Shown: in pieces, positions 17,215 through 31,161 of the stretch
Position numbering within the stretch: position 1 is the first letter of the stretch
Layout: every line of letters begins with the position of its first letter
Origin: Microbotryum violaceum
Lineage: Eukaryota
Assembly (NCBI GenBank): GCA_001244265.2
Contig: CDLV01000015.1
Coordinates: forward strand, 806,001-870,000
Direction of reading: 5' to 3'
Length of the DNA: 64,000 nt
The notes under the pieces: generated by a model
Databases searched by the model: none
What the model saw: the letters and a program-made list of their open reading frames with translations, nothing else
Told to the model about the DNA's origin: nothing
Program-made: the position numbers and the translations under genes

Positions 17215-19940
17215 ATGGACTGTCTCAAGGCGATCCAGACCTACGTCAACAAGATCATCACCAACACGTCCGGGATCAAGGTCTTGTTGCTCGATGCAGA
17301 GACGGTGAGTGATGCAGCCGCCGGTTGGGAGAGACGGAGTTGGTGAGTGAGAGAGAACTGACCCAAGTGCTTCGATCATCCCAGACGGCGATCGTTTCCC
17401 TCGCATCGACCCAATCAGCTCTGTTATCACATGAGGTCTACCTCACCGATCGGATCGACAACCCAACACGGTCCCTGCCTAGTACGGTCGCGCCAGGCGC
17501 AGCGAGAGGAGCGAGTGTCTATCCTCCTTCGAGAGCGGTCGAGCGTCTACCTCACCTCAAGTGCATCTGCTTGCTCAGGCCCACCGATGAGAGCATCGAG
17601 GCGTGTGCGAGGGAGCTGAGGGAAGGGAGGTACGGCGGTTATTGGTTGTGTGAGTGTGCTATCAATCTCGGCAATCGCGCTTCATCGATCGTCGCTGGGT
17701 CGACTGCTGACCCCGGCGACTTTCGATAACCTACAGACTTTACCAATGTCCTCAAAAAGAGTCAGATCGAAAGGCTGGCCGAAGCGGACGAGCACGAGCT
17801 CGTGCGAGAAGTGCAGGCAAGTCGATTCCTGCCTCCCCCACCTCGATATCCAATGCTAATCTTGAGGCGAGTTCTCACTTGATTAGGAATACTTTGCCGA
17901 TTACTCGCCCCTCACATCCTCCCACTTTTCACTATCAATCCTCCCGACACCACTACACCCCTCCATGTCGCAAAACACCATGGCCCTCTTTGGTGACACC
18001 CCCTCGGTCTGGTCCCCCTCCTCCCCAGCCCTCACTCGCCACGTCCAAGGCCTCAGTGCCCTACTTCTCTCCCTCAAGAAGAAACCTCTCATTCGCTACG
18101 AACGCATGTCCCCACTGGCCAAAAAGCTCGGACAAGAACTCATGTACCAAATCAACGAGGATGGACGCGAATTATGGGACTTTAGAAAGTCCGCGTCCGC
18201 ACCGTTGCTGTTGCTCTTGGACCGGAGGAATGATCCCGTCACGCCGTTGTTGAGTCAGTGGACGTATCAGGCTATGGTGCACGAGTTATTGGGAATCACG
18301 AATGGGAGGGTCTCGTTGGCGCACGCACCCGAGGTCAGAGAGGAGTTGAAGGTACGTTGGAGGCCTACACGGACGCGAGCCCGCGGATGAAGGCTGACAA
18401 CTTTCTTTTGAACGATTCGACCCCGTATAGGAAATCGTCTTGTCACCTGATCAGGACCCTTTCTTCGCCGCGAATCTGTACGACAATTTTGGTGATCTCG
18501 GAGCCCACCTCTCTACTTATGTTCAAGATTACTCGACCAAATCAGCCACCTCGAACGCCAAGAATATCGAGACCGTCGCGGATATGAAAAGGTCAGTAGC
18601 ATCGATCATGATTTTTCGGCCTTCTGATCACAAAATCATTCCTACACGCGCGTAGATTCATTGAAGAATACCCCGAATTCCGTAAACTCGGCGGCAACGT
18701 CTCCAAACACGTCGCGCTCGTCGGTGAACTATCGCGACTCGTTCATGCTCGCAACTTGCTCGAAGTATCAGAATTGGAACAATCGCTCGCCTCGAACGAA
18801 TCGCATTCCGCCGACTATCGCTCCTTACAACAAATGATTACCTCACCTGATATCCTCCCCGAAGCCAAATTACGTCTCGCGATACTCTACGCCCTGCGTT
18901 ATCAAAAATCACCCCAGAACAACATTCAGGGTGTGGTCGATCTGTTGAATCAACAAGGGGTCAAGGATGCCGATATGGTGCATGTCATGTTGAATTTCGC
19001 GGGCGCGGACCAGAGGCAGGATGATTTGTTCGCAAATGAGAATTTCTTTACGAGGGGTAAGAGCGCGCTTAAGGGTTTGAAGGTAGGTCTTTCCTGTCTG
19101 GTGTGTGTTGGTGATGTGCTGTTGAGGGGCGTTGGCTAACTGTCTTTGTCCGTCTGGTAGGGAGTGGAGAATGTTTATACGCAGCATACACCGCATTTGG
19201 CCGAGACGATCGATTTACTACTTCGTGGGCGGTTGAAGGAAACGAGTTATCCGTTCATTGAGGGACAAGGTGCCGGACAAACCGGGGCGACAAGGTGCAC
19301 ATGAACATTATCTACGCCTGAACGACCTAGATTGAGACTGACCCTGGGCCTGATCTCCTTGCAACGATCAGACCGCAGGAGATCATTATCTTCGTCATCG
19401 GAGGCACGACGTACGAGGAAGCCAAGACCGTCGCTTCACTCAATGCTCAATTCGCTGCTGGGCATGGATTAGCAAGCTCCGTAGGACCGGGTGGAGTGGG
19501 TGCGCCGACTCAGAATATGACGGGGACGAGGATCTTGCTAGGTGGGACGTGCGTGCACAATTCAAGAACGTGAGTCTATTGATAAACATCAAAACCGATC
19601 AAAATTCCTCCGTATTCAGAAAAGCTTACGAACCTTCTGATCTACGTGAGGTCGCAGATTCTTAGAGATGACCAAAGACGCCGCCTTCTCCTGGCCCGCT
19701 TTCTCCAACTCGGTGGCATTGGCCCAACGATCGACATTAGCTTCTTCAACGGCCTCAGCGTCAAATACTAATTCGGGAATGAGTCTTAACACCAACGGTC
19801 CTATCAACCTCAATATTGGACCTGTGACGTTGAACAATGTGGCTGGGGGGTTAGAGGCGAGTGTGGATGCGGCGAGAGATGGGTGGAGAGATTTGGTCGG
19901 CAGGGTCAAGGCGGGGGTCGATCAGGTTCGGTTGCAGTAG
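17215..19940 (+). CDS. VPS45: Sec1/Munc18-family vacuolar protein sorting protein Vps45
   Basis: N-terminus [90 protein letters not shown]. Many short introns. Confidence 0.94.
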
Positions 19941-21198
19941 GAAGAGGGATGGATAGAGATCATTATATTTGGTCGGGAACGTCGGTACTTAATGACTACT
20001 TCAATGATGAATCTGTGATGACCTACGGCGGTGATGCAATGTCAATTTTTGATGTGAGAATCTTGTCGTTCCTGCCGACCTGTAGTGATGGGCGCTATAG
20101 GAATCGGCGAAGTTCGCAATCGGAGCCGCAAGCCTGCCTGTAGGATCTACACTCTGCAGTACAGGCCCTTAGTTTGGGCAGATCCGAAGAACCAAGTCCG
20201 CATGAAGGTACAGGAAATTCATCGAATATGGCGAGTTCCTCTCCCCGAAGCTCGTGGACCTGGCTGAAGTTCAGTGTGCCGTGCTCCCAATCTTCTTCGA
20301 GCTTTCCTGCGGACCGTGCTCATCCAAAATTATCATATGAGGGATTGATATCTTAAATCTCAAATCTTCCGTTTGTCTACAATATATGAGTCGAATTTAA
20401 TGATTGCTGACCCGGCACGAAGCCCACAGGCTAGCGCGAGCTCAAAATATTCGGTTCGGAAAACCAAACTTCTCCATATCCCAAAGATTCGACCCGTGTA
20501 AAACATCTCACAGCTTAGTAAGTAAAGCCGATCTGACATGTCGCAAATTAGGAATTTCGGAGTCAATTCCCCGCTGCGCGCGAACCTTCCTAATCGAGAC
20601 TTGGGGTTTGATGAAAAGCGCGCGCGCTCCGGGCTGCATTCGGCAAGTTCCCCCTATCGCTTGGAGGCCATCGTCAGCTTTAGAAATTTAGAGAGCTCCA
20701 ATAACGCTCATACCGGGGGCCCGACTCCCCTAGCGTCCTTGATCGGGATCGGCAGAGGGGGTCTGGGTGAATTTTAAGCATTTCTTCGTGAGGACTTTGC
20801 GTTTAACATGTGCCTTGACTCAGACCTTCGGCGGGCGACGACCAAATCCCGGATCAAGACCTGCGCCGTCGACGCTCATGGCACCCGTGCCGGCTCGGTT
20901 CGCTTCCCTTCAGTCCCTCATCCCTTGTATCCTTTCTCATCGTTTCGTTTCGTTCCATCTTTAAGGTCTCTCCGCATCAGCTCGCTAAACTCGGTGGTTC
21001 AAACACACACCACACTCGTTCCAGCTATCCCGACGGCTTCGACCACCAGCGCGCCCTGTGAAGCCGGCCAGCGATCGGTACCGCCGACTCCTCACCTGGC
21101 CCCAAGTCGTCCACTTTCGACTCTTACATTCGTTTCCCAACCACTACATGACACACCCACTACGGAACGAAAGCTGAAACCTCCCACTTCTCTGAAAG

Positions 21199-22610
21199 AT
21201 GAGGTCCTTGCACAACTTGTTCGCCCTTACATTGGTCATGGCTGGAACCGGGGTTTCGTCAGCCTCGCCCGAGCGTTCCCAAGTTCCCGACACGGTCGAG
21301 CAATTGCTGCGTCGTCATCCCGATGGACCTTTATCGATTCATCCTCGAGATTCGAAACCTACTGCGGAGTTCAAGAAGCGAGCTCATGCGCCTCATGGCT
21401 CGAGGGATCATACATTTTCTAAGCGTATGGCTCATCAGAGTGAGTTTTCGTCGTAGGAATCCGCGCGGTCGCCCTCTACCCTCATTCCGGAAGACAATGT
21501 GCTGATTCACTTCGAAAAACCCAGACATGAATAAAGGTATTGTTAAGAAGAACCGCGCTCGTCGCTACGAAGGTGATGCTGTCGAGAAGAGGTGGATCCA
21601 AGGCCCATCGATCATTCAGGACTCAACGCCGACGAACGGACTCCCACCACCCGGAGCCAACATCAATTACTTCAACTGTACGTGACTCGATGTTTTCTTT
21701 CTTTCTTTTGCTCAAGTGTGTTAATCATCCTATCAACATCTTTCGAAATATCACAGCGGCCCTCCCGTCTGGTACTGGCGGCGGTGGCCCTCGGGTCGTG
21801 CCTCCCACCTTCGCCCCTTTACGGACACCGAACCTGCCCCTTCTCGGACTCAATACGATTCACGCAGCCTTCCAATCCGCCTCACCTAGCTTCGAATCGG
21901 CACCAGTACCAACAATCACCCCTTCGGCCGTCGAACTTCAACTCGCAGTTAATTCGCCGACACCGGGAGGAATTGCCGACGCGTCTGCTGCGGCCGCTAT
22001 CGGCGGTGTGCTCAAGAATGTGCTCGACGTGCCAGTTGCTTCACCGACCGCGATATCCCAGAAGGCAAAACGCTGGGTCTACGGTAGCTCGATCATTCAG
22101 GACGACTCAGCAAGTTCGGGCTCGCCCAGCCCGGCCGGAGGGAACGTCAACAATTTCCTCGGCTACGGCGGCAGCTCAATGGGAGGTGGGGGTGGGGGAA
22201 CCCCCATCTTGACACCACCTACGTTCCCTGGTTTGCCCGGTCAAGCTTCGAATGGTGCGAATGCTTTGGACCAAGCGGCTAATCACTTTCCTTCGCTTTC
22301 GCCGTCGCCCTCACCCTCACCCTCGAGCGAAGCCACTATCGTCACGAGTCAAACCTCACCCGCTCCGATGGTTGACCCCATCTCACCGAGTGCCGGTCCA
22401 CCCGTGACACCACCGTCATATGCGTCGCCTCCCATCATTCCGGGAAGCGTTCGCGTCGTCTCTCCTCAAGACATCACTTCGTCCTCCCCCGCCGCCGTTC
22501 CCACCACGACGACGTCTACTCGATCGGTCCACGCGGAGGTGGAGGATGAGATCAAGTACGAGTATGATGAGGTCCCGGCAATGGAGGATGAGTGGTATGA
22601 GGCCGAATGA
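21199..22610 (+). CDS. Secreted Ser/Pro/Thr-rich protein with dibasic sites and two KR-preceded similar peptides
   Basis: Hydrophobic N-terminus MRSLHNLFALTLVMAGTGVSSA. Introns 21440-21524 and 21678-21756 keep an open frame to TGA at 22610. Contains KR-WIQGPSIIQD and KR-WVYGSSIIQD. Confidence 0.75.
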
Positions 22611-22854
22611 GCTGAAGGAGCTTATACCCCGGCTTGATCATTATATGTCGTGTAGCTTTTACTATCATGTCCTTGTCCGATGAATATGCGAACCAGTATC
22701 CTCGATGTTGTGCCTTCGATCTGTGTAGAACACCCCGAATCTTCATCAGCATGAACAACCGTTCGCTGCCTCCCATCTCAACCGCGAGAACCGAGAAAGC
22801 GTCGAGGCCTCCCTTGGACTGTACAAACACGTTCCAATACATATCTACATCTAT

Positions 22855-24694
22855 TCATCTCCTACTCTCAAGATCGTAAAACCACCCACTGATCCCATAC
22901 CGAATCCCAAACGCGACCAAGCTTCCCACCACTTGTAACCCCATCATACATTTGGTCAAATTCGGCTCCTTCATCGGTCCGAACCAGACCATGATTAATG
23001 TCAGAACGGTGAAATTGGAAACGGCTTCGATTTGTCCCTTGGCGTCCCTTTTGACTTGGACTAAGCCGAATTTATGGCACGTTTCAACGAAGAATGTTTG
23101 CAGTTTGGTTCGCTTCGCGATTGGGAGAGGAGCGAACGAAGGTTCGAGTTTTCGAGTTTTGGGATTGTAATGAGGGAGGCGGTGGCGAGGGCAAGGGACG
23201 AGTCCGAAGAGTTGGGGCGTCGAGTAGAGGAAGTTGAAGATTTGGGGGAGGAAGAAGAGAAGGAGCGTTTTGGAGAAGTGGCCTGTGATACCGACGACGG
23301 CAAAGGCCATGCCGGAGAAGTAGCAGAAGGTATCACCGATGAAGGCTCGGGCAGGATACCTGAGACAGTAGGTGGTGTCAGTTTGTGATGATAGCGTCTG
23401 CAGAATCGAATCGGCGACGTACCAATTGTGCTTCAAGAGACCAAAACAGACGCCGATGAGTGGCAGCATGAAGTACAACGAGAACAAGTGACGATCACTA
23501 AGCTCGGCCGAGCCCCTCGCCCAACCCATGCCGACTTTGGAAGCGGTCTGACCCAAGATGGGCGAGAGGTCGAATGTCAGGTGAAGAAGATCGTTGAGGA
23601 CGATCGAAAGGGCGATGACCAAGGCTTGACCGACTTCGACTCCGTTGACACCGGCAAGGATGTTGATGCTGTTGGTGCAGAAGGTTGAGAGCATCGACAT
23701 GTAGAGGTAGTACAAGGGGCCTGTGCAAGAGGTCATCATCATGCCACCGGGTCAATATTTTCCAACAGCTCCGCAGCACCTGCAAGCGGGGGCGGTGCGG
23801 TCATGGCAAGCTTTGCAGGCTAACTCACCAAGATGGACGACACCATTTGTAGAGACGGCATCGAAGAGCGTTCGGACGCCCAAGACGTTGGGGAGTACGA
23901 CGTCGGTTACACCATGTCCAGCTGCGTACGTCACGAGGAGAGGCACCGAGGCAATGACTGCGTGGACGGTGCAACACACAACACAAATCATACGACGCTT
24001 CAACCCATACTGATCGGATTGCAGAGTACTGGAGACTGACCTGGGATTGGCAGCTTCCACCTCCATCGAATGTCAAAGACGTCGTCCATAAAACCGAGAA
24101 AGACGGCCATGAGGAGGCTGAGCAGACTGGCGAGGTAAGTTGCGAACGAATGGTGCGGAAATACGAGCGAAGGATCCATGGTGGTAACAGGTTGGGCTTG
24201 AGCGATGTGGGAGCCCTGTACTGAGTCGCGGTGGGAAAAGGACAGGAGTGACGTGTTCGGCAGCAGGTGCGCGAGGTACGGCAGCGGCGCGAACAAGGAC
24301 AACAGCAGGATGTAGACCGAAGCACCGATCACACCCGTTGCTTCAGGTCTGCACGCACCAAGAGTAGCACGTCAGTCAAGCGGCAGGACAACTCTCAGCG
24401 CTGATCGTAGCCCCTTTAAGCGTACAGGAGCACGTTCCCGGGCGAAGTCGACGATACCTCCACGACGACGCCCTTGCTCTTCTTGGTTGACTTGGACTCG
24501 GTCGTCTGTGTGGAGTCGGGTGCATCTTCGTTCCGCTTGAAACCAGGCTTGAGCATGTCCTTGCCGGCCAGACCTTTCTTGACCAGATCGGGGCCGAGCA
24601 TGGGCACCAGTCGAGCGGTGAGACCGTACGCGACGATGCTGATCCCGAGCGACACCACCACCGTCAACAACGGTTCAGCCAGGCCTGTCGACAT
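22855..24694 (-). CDS. ALG7: UDP-GlcNAc:dolichyl-phosphate GlcNAc-1-phosphate transferase
   Basis: Motifs LGFMDDVFDIRWRWK, FCTNSINILAGVNGVE, YPARAFIGDTFCYF, GHFSKTLLLFF and PCPRHRLP. Several introns. Confidence 0.95.
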
Positions 24695-27504
24695 CCTTGC
24701 AGACTCGGTGGCGTGACGAGGGTGTGGAAGAGGGCGTAAGGCGCGGTGACCGGTTGAGCAGCGAGACGGACCCGAGACGGTCAGGAAGCCCCAAAAACAC
24801 GTGCCGTTCTTTCATGACGCTCGGACCGCCCGTCTGAGACAACGCTCAGGCTGAGTCAGCCGTTGTCTTCGTTTTGAGACAAGGCTTGCAGCAGTCGTGC
24901 AGCTTCGCGTCCGGACTTTCCGCTACAGTAATGCAACAATAAACACCAGGTGATATAAACGTTCAATGCACCCTCTTGCTCAAGCTGGGACGATGGGGCC
25001 TGCCGCCGTCGAAACTCGCCGGACTCCGGCCCGGTCCACAACTAGCAGTCGGACAACGTTGTGCGCACCTTCATGAACGGCACAGATCCTGCTCAATAAT
25101 GGCGAAGCGAGGTCCGCTACATTCGTTTTCTGACAAACGGTTTCAGATCTTCCTACCATTTACTCAAAAACACTGATTACTAATTAGAGCACAAAAGTCT
25201 CGATATCCCAGACACAGGGTCTAACTGCGGAGTCGGAAGGAGAGGGCCAGCCCCACTACTGCATGACCGCCTGAACCTACCGACTCGGGCACTGACTCAG
25301 AAGAATGGAACTTGTGAAGAGCCTGGTGGGTGCGGTAGGAACACGGAGCCAAACTTCAACCTCGTCCCGAACGGGTTAGTCGAATTTCGCCCCGCCCCCC
25401 ACCTCCCCACTTTCCCTGGATTGGGCCCATCAATGAAAATGTCGCTCCATTGCCGTGAAAGTACAAGCGCAGAGGCGCTAGCCGTCCCGCTCAACAAGCT
25501 TGAACCTAGAGCTAATCGCGCGCTGACCCTCCCTTTGTTGGCGTCAGTGGTTCGATGCTTCATGTATAGCACGCTAGGGGCTTCGCCAATCGCTTTGCGA
25601 CCCTTGCGACCCTCCCATCGTTCCGTCGCGCTCGATCCGGTGGGTGCTGGCGCTGGCCTTGGCTATAAGGTCTGCACAACTCCTACCTGTTCACTTCAGA
25701 AGAGACGAAGCCACTGACAGGACTCGAGCTGGAGTGATGCCGAGGACACAGCATATCTCGGTGGAGCACTGATGGCTGTACAACTGATGGCGCGCAGGCA
25801 GAAGCGGCTTATTAGGGGCTGGGCCTCGGCCTCGGGCCACGCGCGAGTCGGCGTCTCGTGGAGCTCCGGTATTGAATAGCAGCGTTCTGAAAGGAAAACA
25901 GCTAGCATATTCATCGGCCCCATTGACAGCGAAGTGGTGTGGCGGCCGGTTGCTTGGGCGTGCCTGACTTGAAGCGACAAACTGCACGATATGGTTATCC
26001 GGCGCACCAGCCGAGGAAAATTTCCGTTCCGTCTCACCGACGTCGGTCCTGGAAAGAGAATTTGAAGTAGGATCGTCTTCACAGAGCTTACTACAACAAC
26101 TTACGAGTACCGTCCCGCCGTCCACGTTCAGTTTGACGGACAAGGACTAAGAGGTACTCCACGACCATTCAGCTCCGAGATACACGAGTGAGATGATGAG
26201 AATAGCGTGAAAATCAGGAAATCAAAAGGAGAACAGACGCAAAGACAGAGCTAGGTGCGCGCGCAGGATAAGGAATTAACCAAGACGAATAACAACAAGT
26301 CAGGCTCTCAGACCCCACTTCTAACATTCAGGATATTTGGCGTTGCTATGTGCCCAGGAGTGGCTGAAGCAGCTAGGAAGGTGTTCGGGTTAGTTCAGGT
26401 ATGCCGTGCCGAAGTTCTACACGTCAAGTCGTTAGCCGAGCTATGGCACAGGCCCAACAACGTGATCCGGAGGGCAAGATCCAGACAGCGAGAAGCTCCT
26501 CTCCGCCATTCCAGCAAAGGCATTAGAGCACTAGAAGGTGCAGTGGGGTTGGGCGCAGGCTCGATTGGGAACTGAGACATTTCGCATGCTGCGGGTGCGC
26601 AGAGGCGGCGGCATCCGTGGCGTCCATGCGAGACTCGGACGTCGGTGTCTGGCATTCGGGTCTTCCGTGGTGATCTACAGTGGGTTAGGGAAGAAGACGT
26701 CCAGATGAATCTGTAAGATGTGATGGTGATCTAGACGAGCAAGCGATCCGCGAGTCGCGTACGACCGCTATCGTAAGAAAACCATTTTCTCATCCGAGAC
26801 CGTTTGGTAATTTTAAGTTGGCTATCGCGCCCGGCCCGTCGTGCGCAACGGCGCGGCGCGGAACCTCTGTCGGTTCAGTCGATGGTGGGCCACGACTCAT
26901 GCTAGTATCTACAGGAGCACGGAGCGTAGTTTCAGGGCGAACTCGGCCGCAGTAGATCGTCAGCTTGCTGTCATGCTCAATTCATTACGTTGGCGGAAGA
27001 ATTGAGTAGGTTCTCCGACGAAACCTGTGCGACTCATTGCGTCGGTAATAACATGATAATCATCTAAGTCAGGCAATCCAAACGGCAGAAAGCTTCTATC
27101 GTCCTAGAGGGCAGAGGGCAGTATACATCTTTCAGTCGGCTGCCCGCTCGCTCGGAGTCTTTGGAGCACTCTTTCTCCTGCCCCTCACCCCGCTCTTTCC
27201 GACTTCGTACACCCGGTTGTCTCTCGCTCGGAGCGTCGACTGGTGAAACTACGTATTCTCTTTTTCCATGCGATCTGGAAGCTTCTCGCCGCCGCCGATA
27301 CGTTTGGAAGCTGCAATAGTTCGGAGCTCAGCCGGGTGACCAGCTTTTTTTAGCCGCCGAAGGGGTCCGCCAGCTACCCAACTTGCAACAGAACGTTCAG
27401 TCGGAACCTTTGAAACCAATCACCGAAACGGCTTTCGAAGATCTACGGGCGTCGATCCAGGCGTTCAAGGGTTACCTCGTATCTTTGTGAAAACACCCAA
27501 GGGG

Positions 27505-27546
27505 TTTTTTTTTGGGGGGGGGGGGGGGGGGTGGGGGGGGGGCGGG
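27505..27546. repeat. T9 followed by ~30-nt interrupted poly-G tract
   Basis: Direct read: T9, G18, T, G10, CGGG. Confidence 0.9.
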
Positions 27547-27931
27547 TATGGTTGGTTCTGTTGCAGGATCGATGAGTCCTACACTATTGGCCTAGCCAGT
27601 GTGCTTAAATGCATCTCCTCCGACTTTTCCAGTGATTTCTAGGCCTTAATAAAAGTTGACTGTTATTGAAATCGATCAGATAAAAATAGTCGGCATCAAC
27701 GACGAACGGTCGACGGGGCCGCTCAGCTTACTCCGCAGCAGCCAGTGCATGCCAGTGCCCTCGGCGCAATGGGTTAATGCCAGCAGTGTACGCTTCATTT
27801 GAGTCTTGCGTCATAATTGCATAGAAAACTCAGAGGCGGAAAAAGCTCAAAGCTCCGCAGCCTAGGAGTTTGCAGTGCAGGTTCTTGATATTGATCGCCC
27901 CCGGACTCCACCGTCCGCGGTCACTCCTGCT

Positions 27932-28066
27932 GGCCTCTCAGCTCAAAAGGCCTCTCAGCTCAAAAGGGCTGACTGTCAAACCGACTAACGCCGCGTTGCT
28001 CGAGCTTGCCGGGGAGGACAGGCGGGTGCGATCGAGGACTCGAGCGCCTTACTAAGCGCCTTACTA
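27932..28066. repeat. Two short tandem duplications (17 bp x2 and 12 bp x2)
   Basis: GGCCTCTCAGCTCAAAA twice at 27932-27965; AGCGCCTTACTA twice at 28043-28066. Confidence 0.85.
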
Positions 28067-28490
28067 ATTAAAGCAGCCTACCAAGATCGCCGCCGCCAGA
28101 GTACGTTTTTTTTCAAATTTTTACGGATCCCTCGTTTCTTCATGTCGGCAATCGGAGAAATCGGCAGAACGACAGGTCATTTTCAGTTCGTACACGCAGA
28201 TGCGTGAACAACCAGTAGTGTCGAGCGGTTAAAGCGAGGTCAAGCGCAGCTGATCAAAGCTTGGCGCCCGCACCCTTCTGCTTGCCAAGGCACCGCTGCC
28301 TCTGTGGCCCCGGCCGTCTCTTCTCTGACCCCCCTCTGGCTCACAACCGCCGCCGAGACATTAGACTGTTCCAAATCGGCTGCGACTTTTCGTGCGCCGT
28401 TACGCGCGGACCCACCGAACCTCATCCTTGCCTCTGAATTCCAAACTGTCGGTCCGTCGTAGTGCTGCCAACCAACGTGGCGCACATTGA

Positions 28491-31161
28491 ATGTCCACCA
28501 CGACGATGCGAGGCTCGAACAAGGCTGAGCTCAAGATGGACCTCGACATACCACCTTTCCGACGACGCGTCAGTTCGACGTGGGGAGCCGCTGCGTTTCC
28601 CTCGGTGTTGCTGCCAGTTACGACAGCCACCACCACCACCACCACCAGCGCTACGGGCCCCGCGGCGACCGCTATGGGCCCCGCTGCGGGTGGTGCTGCC
28701 GAATCTTCGACCTACCCGTCGGATGGACTGGGCATACGGGGGCTGTCATCTGAACCGCCTGTGGCTCGACCCACAAAGAGAAGAAGTGGTAACCAGGAGC
28801 TGCTCGAACGCGATACGTCGAGGTCAGTCCTTCTTTTACCCTTCGGTTCTGGTTGTTGCTCCGGGCCATAAACAGCCTCTCGCCTCCCCGTTACGGCGTC
28901 GTCCTATCGCGATCCGTGCATGCCGAACCCTGCTCACTCTGGTGCGCGAGAGCTTAAAGAGATGGGTTGCTGTCACATGTCACCGCGGGCAAAGTCCCTG
29001 TTATCACGGCGGTAGCTGATTGTGCGAATGCGCTCTGCTCTTCTTACCCCACCCCACCTTCAGGGCCCGAACAAGATCACCCGAGATGTCGGTCTCAGCC
29101 GGCCGGCGCACGAGTCGACCGGCCGGAGCAGCAGCCGGCGGCGCTCAAGCCTCGTCCTCCGCCAACGCCACAGACTCGACCTCCTCTTCGTCCAAGTCGG
29201 CTCTATCCGCACTCACGAACGGCAACACCAATACGAGCGGAAGCAACAAACGCGCTCGCACGAGCCTCGGCGCCTCCCACGGCTCGACGATCGACTCCCT
29301 AGCTTCGGTCGCGTCCGAGGCGTTGCAGACGTTTCCGATCCCGAGCCCAAACGTGCTATCCCAATCGGCGGGAGCGAGCACTTCTTCGAATGGGCCGCAG
29401 GACCGACGTCCTGTGAAGACGAGGCGACCTTCGCTCGTCTCGCGTACTTCGATACCACCGAATAACTACCGTGCGGTACCGACGTCGGAAGATCTTTCGG
29501 GTTCACGTAGCGCCGAACCTTCTTACGTCAACAAGGCGAGCACGAGCATGAACAGCAGTTTTGACCCCGTTCGAGAGAACAACAACTCTCCTGGTAGCTT
29601 GTCGCAAAGAAGGGGCGAGACAGCGGCCGGGAAAGGGTTGAAGATCACGACATTGCCTGCTGGTGAGGTCGTTGAACAGGCCCCTCGGACCGCGCCGGGC
29701 CACATCGTCACAGGTCCTTGGGGTCCCAATGGGCCTACGGGCCAAGTGAGCGGTAAAGGCCACGGAAGACGAGGCACGAGCTTCAACGGTCAAGGTCAAT
29801 TCATGGCACAGGCCAAAAACTCGGGCGGCGGACCTCATGCTTCCGTGCCGACGCCGCTTCAAGCGATCCCCGTCTCACCCTATACGGTCGCACCTACTCA
29901 AGGTCAACCTTCACTGCATACGCAGTACTCCCAGCAAGCCCACAGCCACAGCCATGGTCGCTCGCACTCTCATTCCCACTCTCGGCACTCTAACTTGCCG
30001 CCTATGTCGGTTCCGAACTCGACGAGCGCTACTCGACACGGCTCCGTTTCAGGCGCTCCTGTCTTGGACCCTTACTACGCCCCTACGGTAACAGGGACCT
30101 ATTCCGTCCCGATCCCTCATTCGCAACATCGTTCCTCTATCACTTCTACCCCAGGTTCGATCGCGACCTACCTCCCACCTCATCAAACCGTCCCCGCAAC
30201 CAGCTCATCGATTTTGGCGTCCAACGCGTACCCTTCTTCTTCTGCATCAACATCCTCGATCATGGAAACGAGCAAACATGCCTTCCTAGCTCCCTTCTCA
30301 ACCCTCTACGACGCCTTCCACGAAACTAGTACCCTATCACGTTCTTTGGATCTTGAACTTGGTCGTGCGCGAATGATCTTGAACCAATTGGACGAAGGAT
30401 GGATCGATACGCTCGTTCGAAGGGAGAACGAAAGGCTTTGGAATCGAGTGGTCGAACTTGAACGAATTGTGGAGGATGAGAGGAGGTTATGTAGGGATCG
30501 ATTGGGTAGGTTGGAAAGGGTTGTTTTGGGAGATCCGAATGGGTCGTCGTCGACGACGATGATTAGTTCGGCACCTAGTTCGGCGTCCGTTTCGGCTGGT
30601 CCTGTTGGTGGAACTGGGTTGGGGTTCGCTGGTTTGGGCTCAGGGGGCGGTACTACTAGGAGGGGTTCGGATTCGTTGGGTGGTTATACGATGTTACCTA
30701 CGATGGGGTCGGGGATCGGGCACGAGGAGAATACGACTTCTGGAGGGGGAGGGGGTGGTGGTGGGTCAACGGTTTTCGCGAGAGGAATGGAGGAGGGAGG
30801 ACCTGGGGGACTTGAGATGGACGAATCTTCTTCCGGCGGCGTGCTTGCGGGGGGAACGGGATCTGAATCGGGTCCATTCATCAAGAGGGAAAGGGGAAGT
30901 ACTCCCTTACCACCGCTTATGACGACGGGATCTTTAGTCCCTCGACGAAAAAGCGTCATGTCCCGTCCGGGAACGGCAACTTCGTCTACTTCTTCGAGGT
31001 CGATGAATGAATCTGGGGCTGGAGGTGGTGGTGGAGGTATGAGGAATGGGATGTCTGATACGGGCAATTCGACGAGACGAAGCTCGATGAATACGAGTCA
31101 AGGGCCGAGAGGGGAGGATGTGGAGATGAGTGGACCTGGTGCGAGTGCGAGTGGGGGATAA
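28491..31161 (+). CDS. Hypothetical low-complexity (Ser/Gly/His-rich) protein with a central predicted coiled coil
   Basis: Long uninterrupted ORF 29064-31161 joined in frame to an upstream exon by intron 28823-29063. Helical segment AFLAPFSTLYDAF...ENERLWNRVVELERIVEDE. Start is uncertain. Confidence 0.7.

Noticed and set aside
26063-26326. Solo LTR
   Set aside because: TG...CA ends are present, but there is no target-site duplication, second copy, PBS or PPT to support it.
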